Notes under the pieces: model-generated
Databases searched by the model: none
What the model saw: the letters and a program-made list of their open reading frames with translations, nothing else
What the model was told of the DNA's origin: nothing
DNA from: Candidatus Aphodousia faecipullorum
GTDB lineage: Bacteria > Pseudomonadota > Gammaproteobacteria > Burkholderiales > Burkholderiaceae_F
Reading direction: 5' to 3'
Length of the DNA stretch: 64,000 nt
NCBI GenBank assembly: GCA_018714205.1
Contig: DVNR01000026.1
Location: forward strand, 2,285 to 66,284
Part shown: one piece after another, positions 44,024 to 54,152 of the stretch
Position numbering within the stretch: the stretch's first letter is position 1
Layout: every line of letters starts with the position of its first letter
Position numbers and translations under genes: made by a program

Positions 44024-44060
44024 GGCACTTTATCCCACTTTTTCCCACTTTTTCACCCCA
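44024..44060 (-). promoter_or_regulatory. MraZ-binding repeats upstream of the dcw operon
   Basis: Minus strand TGGGGTGAAA-AAGTGGGAAA-AAGTGGGATA-AAGTGCC: GTGGG-type repeats with 10-bp period. Confidence 0.75.
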
Positions 44061-44317
44061 TCAATTTAAATTGATCCTTTACGTTAGTCAAGGCATTGAC
44101 TATCTTTCTTTACGAATTTTTTCCAACGCCTCAATATCTTGGGTTAGGACACATCAAATAACACATCTGAACTTTGGCTTCGCGATCGCTTTTGCTCCGT
44201 TTCTACTCGCCCTAAAACTAACGGGAATTGATCTAGGCAGAAAAAAATTTTGCACATACCTCCCCTCAAGATATCCTCAAAGAAGTTGACAGAAACATCG
44301 TCGCTCTTTCATCAGAC

Positions 44318-44362
44318 AAAAAAATCCCCATTCAAAGTCTCTCGATTTGAACAGGGATTTTT
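44318..44362 (-). terminator. Terminator after acyl-CoA synthetase
   Basis: AAAAATCCC..TTCAAA / TTTGAA..GGGATTTTT imperfect stem with A/T tails. Confidence 0.6.
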
Positions 44363-44387
44363 CGCTAATAAAAGCTTTTCGTACGGC

Positions 44388-46493
44388 TTAGATCTTCAAC
44401 TTAATGCGACCGTCAACGGCAATGCCTTCTCCGTTTTTCTCACTGATAATGAGCGGATTGATATCCAATTCCTCGATTTCAGGGAAATCTGTCACTAACT
44501 GCGATAAGCGTAAAAGCACACTTTCCAATTGGTCGAGCTGAGCTGGTGTCGTACCGCGAGCCCCTTCGAGCAATTTGTAGGCCTTCACACCACGAATCAT
44601 CTCCTGAGCGTCAATATCTGTCAACGGTGCCATGCGGAATGTCACGTCCTTCATGACTTCAATAAAGACGCCTCCCAACCCAAACATCATCATGTGTCCA
44701 TATTGCGGATCTGTCGCCACACCACAGACCATCTCACGAGACCCTTTAACCATTTCCTGGATAATGACGCCCTCTAGCCCATCCAACAAGCCGCGTTCAC
44801 GAAGCTTTTCAATGAGGTCGCGATATTGCGCCCGCAATTCGTCTGCACTTTGGATGTTGACTCTCACTCCTCCCACGTCGGTCTTGTGCGAGGTAGTCTT
44901 TGAGGTCATTTTCATCACCACGGGATAGCCGATTTGATTGGCAAGAGCCACCGCTTCTTCCTCGTCAGTTGCAAAACCCGAGCGACAGACACGAATGCCG
45001 TAGGCATCCAAAACATCAATGCTCTCACGAGTTGTCAGTTGAGCGCGGCCGTCCGCTAAGCTAGCTTGCATAATCGAGCGTGCCCGATCACGATCCACAT
45101 CAAAACTCACAGCCTGACCCACGGGTTTTTCAACCCATTGTCGTTGCTCGTTAAGACGGTTAAGACCGTCAACGGCCTGTTCCGCGTACATGAAGAACGG
45201 AACATTGACCTGCATGTCAGACAGTTTGGCGAAAAATTCGCTCGTCGTCATGAAAACGCCAACAATCGGCTTCTCAGGATGCTTGGCCTTGATTTCCATG
45301 ACAGCCTTTGCCACATCAATGTCTTTAAGGCCCAAGAACGGCAAGTAAATCACCACCACCATGTCAACTTGATCATCGGCGAGCACCGTCTCCAGCGTTT
45401 GCTTGTAATGTTCAATTGGAGCCGACGCAATCATGTCGACCGGATTTTTAACCGATGCCGCCGCTGGCAAGAAACTCCGAAGCTTGTCTTTCGTTTCTTC
45501 AGAAAGTTGAGCCATTTTCATGCCGTACTCGGACACAGCGTCCGTGGCCATAATCCCAGGGCCACCCGAATTGGTGATGATTGCCACACGATCGCCCTTG
45601 GGAATCGGACAATTATCGAATACCTTAGCCGTGGCGAAAAGGTTTTCAAGCGAGTACTCACGGATAACGCCTGATTGACGCAACAGTGCATTGGCCGCTT
45701 TATCCGCACCCGCCAAAGAGCCTGTGTGCGAAGAGGCAGCGCTGGCACCAGCGGCCGAACGTCCGGCTTTCAGCGCCAAGATCGGCTTCTTCTTTGAAAT
45801 GCGAGTTGCCAGCTCTCTGAAATTTGCTGGATTTTGAATTGATTCCATGTAAAGCAGGATTTGCTTGACGTCATCTTCGTTTTCCCAATACTGCATGGCA
45901 GTTTCCGCGTTCACATCCGCTTGATTGCCAATTGAAATAAATTGAGCAAATCCCAAATTCAAATCTTTCAGAATATTTAAAATTCCGCCCCCCAGCGCTC
46001 CCGATTGAGACACAAAACCAATACCTCCGCGTTGAGGCAGGCTCTCAGCGAAACAACCATCCATTCGAATCGAGGGATGGGTGTTAACAACCCCTAAACA
46101 GTTCGGGCCAACACAGCGCATGCCGTAGCCGCGAACCTTCTCTAAAAGCGCTTTTTCAAGTTCAGCCCCTTGCGGACCGGTTTCCTTAAAACCGGCGGAA
46201 ATCACACACAAGCCACCGACCCCTTTTTGATGGCATTGATCAATGGTGGAGAGCACAAATTTGGCATTGACCACAATAATCGCCAAATCCACCTTCCCCG
46301 GGACATCCAGAATGCTCGTATAAGCTTGAAGCCCCTCGATAACGCCACCCTTAGGATTGACCGGATAAATCTCACCGGTAAAACCATACTCCTGCAGTCG
46401 CTTCATGATGTCGGAACCAATGGTATGGGCTCGTGTGGATGCGCCGATCACCGCGATCGCGCGAGGCTTCATAATACTGTCAAGATTATTCAT
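44388..46493 (-). CDS. Acetate/acyl--CoA ligase (NDP-forming), fused alpha-beta subunits
   Basis: IAVIGAS CoA-binding domain, GPNCLG, SQSGALG, ASSHTG (phospho-His), NSGGPG, HKTDVGGV ATP-grasp, ELDINPL; no GNAT domain. Confidence 0.88.
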   Translation of the reverse strand: MNNLDSIMKPRAIAVIGASTRAHTIGSDIMKRLQEYGFTGEIYPVNPKGGVIEGLQAYTSILDVPGKVDLAIIVVNAKFVLSTIDQCHQKGVGGLCVISAGFKETGPQGAELEKALLEKVRGYGMRCVGPNCLGVVNTHPSIRMDGCFAESLPQRGGIGFVSQSGALGGGILNILKDLNLGFAQFISIGNQADVNAETAMQYWENEDDVKQILLYMESIQNPANFRELATRISKKKPILALKAGRSAAGASAASSHTGSLAGADKAANALLRQSGVIREYSLENLFATAKVFDNCPIPKGDRVAIITNSGGPGIMATDAVSEYGMKMAQLSEETKDKLRSFLPAAASVKNPVDMIASAPIEHYKQTLETVLADDQVDMVVVIYLPFLGLKDIDVAKAVMEIKAKHPEKPIVGVFMTTSEFFAKLSDMQVNVPFFMYAEQAVDGLNRLNEQRQWVEKPVGQAVSFDVDRDRARSIMQASLADGRAQLTTRESIDVLDAYGIRVCRSGFATDEEEAVALANQIGYPVVMKMTSKTTSHKTDVGGVRVNIQSADELRAQYRDLIEKLRERGLLDGLEGVIIQEMVKGSREMVCGVATDPQYGHMMMFGLGGVFIEVMKDVTFRMAPLTDIDAQEMIRGVKAYKLLEGARGTTPAQLDQLESVLLRLSQLVTDFPEIEELDINPLIISEKNGEGIAVDGRIKLKI

Positions 46494-46704
46494 GGTCAGA
46501 AAATCCTATCGAAAAGAATCGTTTTCATACAAAAGAGGAAAACCTTGCCGACACCATGATACCTATAAGAAATGCATTTAGGGATCCCTCAAAATAGCCA
46601 AAAAGCTACACAAACTGACAAGATCGTTCATTTCTTTGCAAGAAAATTTCTATGAGTAAGAAATTCGCACCACTAAAATAACTAACAACTGGAGGTTCAA
46701 TACC

Positions 46705-47739
46705 ATGCGAAAGACTGTTCTTACCCTCTTGCTGACGGCATCGCTTGTCATTGCCGATCAAAGCAATGCGCACCCCGAACATTACCCTGCACCAACAACG
46801 GTCAGTTCACAATTGGCGCAATCTATCAATGCCTCCTCTGCCGAACTTTGGCTAAATAAGCCCAAGAGCACTCAGGAGTGGCAAGCGATCGCAAAAGATT
46901 ACACTCAAAAAAGCGGACAAGCCGCTCTCGCAGCCGCGAAAAGCAACCATGTCAACGTTGAAGAAACTCGAATTGCCAACGTTCCAGTATTTACCTTGAC
47001 CCCGGAGAAAATCGATAAAACTAAATCAGATAAAGTGATCTATTACATTCACGGCGGCGGTTATATCTTGGGGCATGGCGTCGGCCAAATTTCCGAAGCC
47101 CTTCCTCTGGTCGCCAAATACGGATACCGAGTCGTGAGTGTCGACTACCGGATGGCTCCTGATCATCCATTCCCCGCAGCCATTGACGACACCTTCGCCG
47201 TGTACCGCGAACTCGTTAAAACATACGGAGCGAAAAACATTGCGGTTTACGGAACCTCAACTGGCGGCGCGCTGACACTCATTTTGGCGCTTCAAGCATC
47301 GCAAAATAACGTGGCTCAACCGGCAGCGCTTATTGCGGGCACTCCTTGGAGCGACATGGATAAGATCGGAGACAGCTATTTCACCAACGAGAAGCTCGAT
47401 AACATCTTAACCACTTACGACGCCCTTGTTGGCTACGCGGCAGCGGTTTACTCGAACGGGCACAATTTAAAAGATCCGTTGATATCGCCGGTATACGCCA
47501 AGGCAGAGGATTTAAGACAGTTTCCCGCAACGCTTTTGATTTCCGGCACCCGAGACCTTTTTTTAAGCAATACGGTCCGTATGCATAAGCGGCTGCTTAT
47601 GGAAAATGTTCACGCAGAATTGGTGGTCTATGAAGCCATGTCACACGCCCAATACTATTTGAACCCCAATGCCCCCGAAACCGCCGATCACTACAAAATC
47701 TTAAAGCTGTTTTTGGATAGAACGCTGCTGCCTATGTAA
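46705..47739 (+). CDS. Exported alpha/beta hydrolase (HSL/family IV esterase)
   Basis: Signal peptide, HGGG, DYRMAP.HPFPAA, GTSTGG nucleophile elbow, GTRD, SH. Confidence 0.85.
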   Translation: MRKTVLTLLLTASLVIADQSNAHPEHYPAPTTVSSQLAQSINASSAELWLNKPKSTQEWQAIAKDYTQKSGQAALAAAKSNHVNVEETRIANVPVFTLTPEKIDKTKSDKVIYYIHGGGYILGHGVGQISEALPLVAKYGYRVVSVDYRMAPDHPFPAAIDDTFAVYRELVKTYGAKNIAVYGTSTGGALTLILALQASQNNVAQPAALIAGTPWSDMDKIGDSYFTNEKLDNILTTYDALVGYAAAVYSNGHNLKDPLISPVYAKAEDLRQFPATLLISGTRDLFLSNTVRMHKRLLMENVHAELVVYEAMSHAQYYLNPNAPETADHYKILKLFLDRTLLPM

Positions 47740-47752
47740 CACAACCTCATAC

Positions 47753-47780
47753 AAAAAGCCCGCATTTGGCGGGCTTTTTT
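47753..47780 (+). terminator. Intrinsic terminator
   Basis: AAAAAGCCCGC-ATTTG-GCGGGCTTTTTT. Confidence 0.85.
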
Positions 47781-47819
47781 AGGCTAAACTACACTCGTTA
47801 CGAAAAATGAGTGAGCAAA

Positions 47820-49205
47820 ATGCCTGTGACTGCCAACACAACCGATACCAGCCTATCGTTTACCCGTGAATTGCTTGATGACATCGTCTACTTTTTTTCA
47901 ACGGAATTAACGGAAACAAGTTTTTGGACGCAAGTCTCTTGTATCCTATTAGCCGTTGCCATCGCCATCATCCTGGCAGGCTATTTTGGTAAAAAATTGG
48001 CGCTACGAGCACAGCACTTCTCCACTGAAACCCTTCGCGGGCGCCTGGCAACCTTTGCCCTCACTTTGAGTAAAAAACTGCTCTTTTCGGTCTTCGCGTC
48101 TTTATTCCTCTTCCTTGGAATTTGGTTCCTACAGCAACTGGGATTGGTGCAAGAAAATGACAAACTCACTTTGGCAAGGCTAGCCAATCAAGTCTTTTTC
48201 ATGTGGGCACTTTTGGTGCTTGTTGTCGAATTCATTGTGGTGCTCTTTGCCAAACGCCATTTTTCCGCCCAACTAAAGCGTTTTTTCTACACTGTTTTCT
48301 GGATCTTGGCGATTCTTAATATCCTGGGCGTGCTTCCTGTCATTGTCAGCATCATGCAAAGCATTACCCTACCAATCGGATCAAACTCTTTGTCTGTTTG
48401 GGCCATTTTGGTCGGGCTGATCACGGTTTTACTAGCCATGGCGATTGCCAATTGGCTCTCCGAGCAATGTGAAACCATGATCAATAGCGCGCCGGATATT
48501 GATGCCAATCTCAAGATTGTTTTGTCTCGTCTGGCAACCATCGCTTTTTTCACGTTGGCTATCCTGTTCTCCCTTGCCTCAGTTGGGTTGAATTTGACCA
48601 TATTGAGCGTTTTCGGGGGCGCTGTTGGTGTTGGACTTGGCTTTGGTCTACAAAAAATCGCTTCCAACTACATTTCCGGATTTATTATTTTGTTTGATCA
48701 TTCCATTAAGATCGGCGATTTGGTTGAAGTCGCCGGTTTTTCCGGCACTGTCACTCAAATCAATACGCGCTACTCGGTGATTCAAAGCATGGCTGGTGAA
48801 GAAATGATCATTCCCAATGAAAACTTCGTGACCGGCACAGTCAAAAACCTCTCGCGAACAGAAAAAGCCGTGGTTCATTCTGTCAATGTCAGCATTGGCT
48901 ACGAATGCGACGTCGGCCGTGCACAAGCCATCTTGCTTGAAATCGTTGGAGAGCAAAAGCGTATTCTTAAAAAACCAGCTCCTTGGGCGGTCATCAGCGA
49001 TTTTGGCTCTGACGGCATTGATCTTCGCGTCAGCTTTTGGGTGCAAGATCCGGAAAACGGAACGTCTGTGTTGAAATCCAATATCATGAAAGCCGTTTTA
49101 AGTCGCTTTAACGCGGAAAACATTTCAATTCCCTATGCCATCCGCGATGTTCGTCTCAACGGGGAGTTGCGCATTACTGGAAATCATTCATCAGCAAAAA
49201 AGTAG
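47820..49205 (+). CDS. MscS family mechanosensitive channel
   Basis: GAVGVGLGFGLQKIASNYISG, IKIGD, IIPNE, ISIPY; extended N-terminal TM region; start 47811 or 47820. Confidence 0.9.
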   Translation: MPVTANTTDTSLSFTRELLDDIVYFFSTELTETSFWTQVSCILLAVAIAIILAGYFGKKLALRAQHFSTETLRGRLATFALTLSKKLLFSVFASLFLFLGIWFLQQLGLVQENDKLTLARLANQVFFMWALLVLVVEFIVVLFAKRHFSAQLKRFFYTVFWILAILNILGVLPVIVSIMQSITLPIGSNSLSVWAILVGLITVLLAMAIANWLSEQCETMINSAPDIDANLKIVLSRLATIAFFTLAILFSLASVGLNLTILSVFGGAVGVGLGFGLQKIASNYISGFIILFDHSIKIGDLVEVAGFSGTVTQINTRYSVIQSMAGEEMIIPNENFVTGTVKNLSRTEKAVVHSVNVSIGYECDVGRAQAILLEIVGEQKRILKKPAPWAVISDFGSDGIDLRVSFWVQDPENGTSVLKSNIMKAVLSRFNAENISIPYAIRDVRLNGELRITGNHSSAKK

Positions 49206-49273
49206 TGACTCAAAAGAAAAGGCCGAGACCTGATAAGGGTTTCGACCTCCAAGGTAGTTAATCGAGAAAACGA

Positions 49274-50461
49274 TCAGAAGTTATGTGTGATGCCAATGCC
49301 CACTTGCACGCCGTCACGCTCCACATTGGCTTTATCGGTACCATAGGTGTAGTCCACTTCTTGATGATCATACCCCACTGCGCCGTAAAGGCTTGTCCGC
49401 TTGCTCAGCTCGTAGTTGTGAAACACGCCCACACCGTAACGGGTCACGTCAGCCTGGACAGAATCGCTCTGCGTTCCCTCAAATCCGTAGAGCGTTCCGT
49501 CGCCGTCAGCATAATAGACACTCACTTGCAACTCGCCACCCAACACAGGGAAGGCCGAGCCAATTGCTAATGCATAGCCGTCAAAATCTCCATAGGTACC
49601 CACGGTCTCAGGGAGTTCAAAGTCGCCTGAGAAATCATAGCCACCGATCGTTTCTTCATGTTTACCGTATTGGAAACCGATAAATGGCTTGGCAATGCCG
49701 AAGTCGTAATTCATACCAACGCTAATTGCCATCGCATCGTCAATCGCATCGCCACGATAAGCATCTCCGATGTTTCGGTTTTTAAGGATCGTGTCGCCAA
49801 CCACTGCCAAGGAAAAATTACCGGCAGTGTAACCCAAACCGATTGCGCCATAACGGGTCTTATCTCGAGAGGGAACGGAGTCGTCGCCTTCAACACCCAG
49901 GGAATATTGAGCATAGAGAGTAAAACCGGCGAATTCCGGAGATTGATAGGTCACCGTGTTGTCGTAAATTCCACGATCCATCCAATAACCGGCGCCGATG
50001 TAATCAACATAGCCGCCGTCCATGGCATCGCCCGTTACCATAAAGAGGTCATAGGTGCCTTCACCGGCGGTTAACGCGCCCATGCGCCCCATCGACAAGG
50101 TGCCGACCGTACCTGAAATGCTCACTTGCGATTCTTTATCAAAGAAATGGGAATCGTCATCACTTGCTCCGGAGTCGGACGCGAAGCTATGCTCTAAAAC
50201 AAAGCTCACGGACAAGCTGTCAGTGATGTCTTCAGTGCCACGCACACCAATCACACTGGAAGTTCCGATGCCAGACTCCATCCCCCAACGATCGTCATCC
50301 TCATTGAGGACATTTTGACCGTTAACATCCGCATCGACGGATTCGTGGGTATAGAGCATGCCTGTATCCACCGTTCCATAGAGTTCGACAGACGCAGCCT
50401 GGGCAGTGCCGACCATTGCAAAAGCCGAGAACATCGCACAAGCTAAAATTGATTTTTTCAT
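49274..50461 (-). CDS. Trimeric outer-membrane porin (betaproteobacterial type)
   Basis: Signal peptide ending AQA, SVELYGTVD, G.EDI, YELSKRT.LY, GITHNF terminus. Confidence 0.92.
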   Translation of the reverse strand: MKKSILACAMFSAFAMVGTAQAASVELYGTVDTGMLYTHESVDADVNGQNVLNEDDDRWGMESGIGTSSVIGVRGTEDITDSLSVSFVLEHSFASDSGASDDDSHFFDKESQVSISGTVGTLSMGRMGALTAGEGTYDLFMVTGDAMDGGYVDYIGAGYWMDRGIYDNTVTYQSPEFAGFTLYAQYSLGVEGDDSVPSRDKTRYGAIGLGYTAGNFSLAVVGDTILKNRNIGDAYRGDAIDDAMAISVGMNYDFGIAKPFIGFQYGKHEETIGGYDFSGDFELPETVGTYGDFDGYALAIGSAFPVLGGELQVSVYYADGDGTLYGFEGTQSDSVQADVTRYGVGVFHNYELSKRTSLYGAVGYDHQEVDYTYGTDKANVERDGVQVGIGITHNF

Positions 50462-50475
50462 TTTTTTCTCCATTA

Positions 50476-50490
50476 TGAGAATAATTCTCG
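50476..50490. promoter_or_regulatory. Fur box near the porin start
   Basis: TGAGAAT-A-ATTCTCG 7-1-7 inverted repeat. Confidence 0.7.
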
Positions 50491-50624
50491 TTTGCAAAAT
50501 TTAATCTTACTGCTACTTTTTTTCAACTCAGGATTCAAATCATTTATTTTCAAATAAACAAATAGTTATCTTATTAAGTAAAATAACCTATCCAAAATAA
50601 TGAACAGAAAAATCAAAGTTTTTC

Positions 50625-50639
50625 AAATAATTATTATCA
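50625..50639. promoter_or_regulatory. Second Fur-like box
   Basis: Minus strand TGATAAT-A-ATTATTT; surrounding region is AT-rich. Confidence 0.5.
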
Positions 50640-50789
50640 TTTCCCATTAATTCTTAGTGCTTATTTAACCGAAATCAACTTCTCAAATCAAATTAACAAA
50701 GCAAATATTTCATTGATTTTTAAGCTTTTATCTTAAAAATCACGATTTATTGTTTTAAATCAAACTTCTAACAATCTTTCAACAATCAG

Positions 50790-50818
50790 TTGAAAACAAG
50801 AACCATTCCTATTACTAT
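50790..50818 (+). promoter_or_regulatory. feoAAB promoter with overlapping degenerate Fur box
   Basis: TTGAAA-N17-TACTAT; spacer contains CAAGAAC-C-ATTCCTA. Confidence 0.55.
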
Positions 50819-50868
50819 TCTCTCGATTGTTACCCAAATGGGTTTTCTTGTTTTCTATGAAACCGTCT

Positions 50869-51096
50869 ATGTCACAAATTCGTCCATTAACACAACTGGA
50901 AGTGATGACTGAAGCCACGATCGTGCGCCTGAAACTGGATGCTCAAGAGCAGACTCGACTGACGCAACTCGGGCTTTACTGCGGAGCCACCGTCAAGGTG
51001 TTGCAATCGGCGCGCAATGCGCCGTTGTTGCTCGCCGTCGGAGACAGCCGCATCGGAGTGAATTATCAAACCGCTCAAAAAATTTACGTTGTTTAA
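50869..51096 (+). CDS. feoA: Ferrous iron transport protein A (copy 1)
   Basis: RLTQLGLYCGATVKV...PLLLAVGDSRIG SH3-like FeoA pattern; start 50857 or 50869. Confidence 0.8.
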   Translation: MSQIRPLTQLEVMTEATIVRLKLDAQEQTRLTQLGLYCGATVKVLQSARNAPLLLAVGDSRIGVNYQTAQKIYVV

Positions 51097-51117
51097 AAAT
51101 TTTAAAAGGATTTTGTC

Positions 51118-51348
51118 ATGCAACTGAAAGATATGCCGATCGGCTCCAAGGGGCGCATCAAAGGCATGAAAAATGGACAACCCGAATATCGCCGCCGTTT
51201 GGTGATGCTCGGAGCGACCCCAGGCGCCACGTTTGAAGTGATTCGAGTTGCTCCGCTTGGGGATCCGATCGAATTAAGAGTGCGCGGCAGTGCCATCTCT
51301 GTCAGACGCGACGAAGCCGAAATTCTTGAAATTGAACCGATTCAATAA
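51118..51348 (+). CDS. feoA: Ferrous iron transport protein A (copy 2)
   Basis: RRRLVMLG.TPG...APLGDPIELRVRG. Confidence 0.93.
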   Translation: MQLKDMPIGSKGRIKGMKNGQPEYRRRLVMLGATPGATFEVIRVAPLGDPIELRVRGSAISVRRDEAEILEIEPIQ

Positions 51349-51374
51349 CCGGTTTTTATAAAGGACTCTCCGAA

Positions 51375-53729
51375 ATGAGTAAACACATCGTCAGTCTTAT
51401 CGGCAATCCGAATTGTGGTAAGACCACACTGTTTAATGCATTGACCGGTTCCAAACAACGCGTTGGTAACTGGCCGGGTGTCACCGTGGATAAAAAGACC
51501 GGTGATTTCAGCATCGAGCAACACGATATTGAACTTGTTGACTTGCCGGGCATCTACTCGGTCACGCCGACTTCCGTCGCGGGAGAAGACGAAATTGTTG
51601 CCCGCGACTATTTATTATCAGGTCAAAGCGAAATGATTATCAACATCGTTGACGCGGCTAACCTGGAACGAAACCTCTACCTCACCACGCAATTGCTCGA
51701 ATTGAATATCCCGATGGTGGTCGTGATCAACATGCTTGACATTGCCAAGCAGCACAAGATCCGCCTTGATCTGGACGTATTGCAAGACAAATTAGGTTGC
51801 CCGGTGGTCGGCATCATCGCCTCGCGCGACAAAGGCATCAAAGAGCTCAAAAAAGTCGTCGCCAAGATGCTTGATCGCCCTTATAGGCCCGCTCACAAAA
51901 CCACGTTTGATGGGGCGCTCGCACAAGCGATATCCGAGATTACCGCAATTTTGACCAAAGTCGACTCAAAGCGAGCTCCGTGGTTTGCCACACAATTTTT
52001 AGAACAGGCCCCGGGCCTAGACGATAAATTCCCCGGTGCCGATCTTCAACGCGTCAATCAAATTGTTGAACAAACCACACAAGCCTATAACGGTGACGCA
52101 GATATCGCTATCGCAAACGCCCGCTACGATTTCGTCGCCCAGGTGGTTGAAAAGGCGCTTGTTCATGAAGGCGATGCGTCCGGCACGCTAACCGATCGCA
52201 TTGACCGCGTTGTGCTCAACCGATGGCTGGGATTGCCCATTTTCCTTCTCATCATGTATGTGATGTTCCTTTTCACGCAAAATTTGGGCGCGGCATTCAT
52301 TGACTTTTTCGATATTTTGGTCGGTGGCATCTTCGTGGACGGCTTGGGGCAATGGCTTGCCGGCATTGGTTGCCCCGAATGGCTCACCGTTTTTCTCTCT
52401 AACGGCATTGGCGGTGGTCTGCAAACCATCTCGACCTTCATCCCGGTAGTCTTCTTCATGTTTTTGTTCCTTGCGGTGTTAGAAGAATCCGGCTACATGG
52501 CTCGAGCGGCCTTTGTGATGGATCGTCTGATGCGCTACCTCGGCCTACCTGGCAAGGCGTTCGTCCCGCTCATCGTGGGCTTTGGCTGCAATGTGCCGGC
52601 AATTATGGCAACACGCACGATGGATCGCGCCAGTGACCGCATCATCACGGTCATGATGGCTCCGTTTATGAGCTGTGGTGCCCGCTTGCCAGTTTATGTG
52701 TTGTTTGCCACGGCATTCTTCCCGACAAACGGTCAAAACCTCGTTTTTGGCCTCTACATCATCGGCATCATCGCAGCTATCTTGACAGGCTTCCTTTTAA
52801 AGCGCACCGCCCTTCCGGGCGCTGCTGGCGCGTTTGTGATGGAAATTCCGCCTTATCACATTCCAACATTAAAGGGCGTCATGATCCGCACCTGGGACCG
52901 TGTCCGCACATTCATGTTCCGTGCCGGTAAAGTGATTGTGGTCATCGTTGCCTGCTTGTCTTTCCTAAATTCAATGGGCACTGATGGCTCCTTCGGCAAC
53001 GAAGATAGTGAGAAATCGGTTTTATCTCAAATCGGTCAAACGATTGTCCCGATCTTCGAACCGATGGGGGTTCAAGAAGAAAATTGGCCCGCTGCCGTGG
53101 GTATCTTCACCGGTATCTTCGCAAAAGAGGCAGTGGTTGGCACATTAAATTCTCTCTATGACACGCTGTCTGTCGATCAAGCCGCTCAAGCTGCCGACGA
53201 TGCTGCTGTATCCGAAGAAGCATCCAATGAAGGCTTCTCGCTTTCTGCGACGCTTTCCGAAGCCTGGGGCACAATCGGTGACAACCTGGCTGAATTGGCA
53301 GGCGCTTTCACTGACCCGATGGGTATTTCCGTTGGTGATTTAAGTGATGAAGCGGCTGCCGCTGAAGAGCAAGGCGTCACTTTGGGTACCGTCGCCACCA
53401 TTCAGACTTTATTCGGCTCAACTTCCGGTGCGTTCGCTTACTTGTTAATGGTTCTGCTTTACATGCCCTGCGTCGCCGCAGTGGCAACCATTTATCGTGA
53501 GGTTGGCGCAAAGTGGACTATCTTCGCAGCTGCTTGGACAACTACACTCGGTTACTCTGTCGCCACGATCTACTACCGAGTTGTCAATTTTGCCGCCGAT
53601 CCGATTTATTCCATGATCTGCATAATTGTCGCTTGTCTGATCATGTGCGGCATGTACTTCTGGATGAAGTCAATGGCTAAGAAAGATAAGAATGGCCCGA
53701 GAATCATTCCTATCGTTCCGGTTGCCTAA
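51375..53729 (+). CDS. feoB: Ferrous iron transporter B
   Basis: GNPNCGKTT, VGNWPGVT, DLPG, NMLD, GFGCNVP, FMSCGAR, YMPCVA. Confidence 0.97.
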   Translation: MSKHIVSLIGNPNCGKTTLFNALTGSKQRVGNWPGVTVDKKTGDFSIEQHDIELVDLPGIYSVTPTSVAGEDEIVARDYLLSGQSEMIINIVDAANLERNLYLTTQLLELNIPMVVVINMLDIAKQHKIRLDLDVLQDKLGCPVVGIIASRDKGIKELKKVVAKMLDRPYRPAHKTTFDGALAQAISEITAILTKVDSKRAPWFATQFLEQAPGLDDKFPGADLQRVNQIVEQTTQAYNGDADIAIANARYDFVAQVVEKALVHEGDASGTLTDRIDRVVLNRWLGLPIFLLIMYVMFLFTQNLGAAFIDFFDILVGGIFVDGLGQWLAGIGCPEWLTVFLSNGIGGGLQTISTFIPVVFFMFLFLAVLEESGYMARAAFVMDRLMRYLGLPGKAFVPLIVGFGCNVPAIMATRTMDRASDRIITVMMAPFMSCGARLPVYVLFATAFFPTNGQNLVFGLYIIGIIAAILTGFLLKRTALPGAAGAFVMEIPPYHIPTLKGVMIRTWDRVRTFMFRAGKVIVVIVACLSFLNSMGTDGSFGNEDSEKSVLSQIGQTIVPIFEPMGVQEENWPAAVGIFTGIFAKEAVVGTLNSLYDTLSVDQAAQAADDAAVSEEASNEGFSLSATLSEAWGTIGDNLAELAGAFTDPMGISVGDLSDEAAAAEEQGVTLGTVATIQTLFGSTSGAFAYLLMVLLYMPCVAAVATIYREVGAKWTIFAAAWTTTLGYSVATIYYRVVNFAADPIYSMICIIVACLIMCGMYFWMKSMAKKDKNGPRIIPIVPVA

Positions 53730-53776
53730 ACATTTTCTCTCCTGGGCGAATTTCTTCCTCATTCGCCCGCACCTTG

Positions 53777-53806
53777 GCCTTCAGACGAAAGTCTGAAGGC
53801 TTTTTT
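53777..53806 (+). terminator. Terminator after feoB
   Basis: GCCTTCAGAC-GAAA-GTCTGAAGGC-TTTTTT. Confidence 0.9.
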
Positions 53807-53849
53807 CAATAAAAAAAGCGCTACATTGCGCAGCGCTCAAAAAACGGAT

Positions 53850-54152
53850 AAAGCCCGCCGATAAGCCGGATTATGTTCCGTGCTGACGCACGGCCGACGA
53901 TCATTCATCTAGGCCATGATTCACACCATGGCTCAAGCCACTTACCCGCAATCTCCCCGAGCAGGATCATCGATTGCCTATTTAGTGTTGCTCCCCGTAG
54001 AGATTGCCCGTTTCACCCGACCCGAAGTCGGCTCGTCTCTGTTGCTCTAATCCGTACCTTGCGGCAGGCAGCCGTTAGCTGCTACGGTGCTCTATGGAGT
54101 CCGGACTTTCCTCGTGAGCCCAAAGGCTCCCGCGACCATCGTGGCGAACTTT
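53850..54152 (-). ncRNA. rnpB: RNase P RNA (type A)
   Basis: Minus strand GAGGAAAGTCCGGACTCC, AGAGCAACAGAGA, GGTGAAACGGGCAA, AATCCGGCTTAT; 5' and 3' ends pair as P1. Confidence 0.95.

Noticed and set aside
50869-51348. Tandem feoA duplication as a novelty
   Set aside because: feoA-feoA-feoB operons are common
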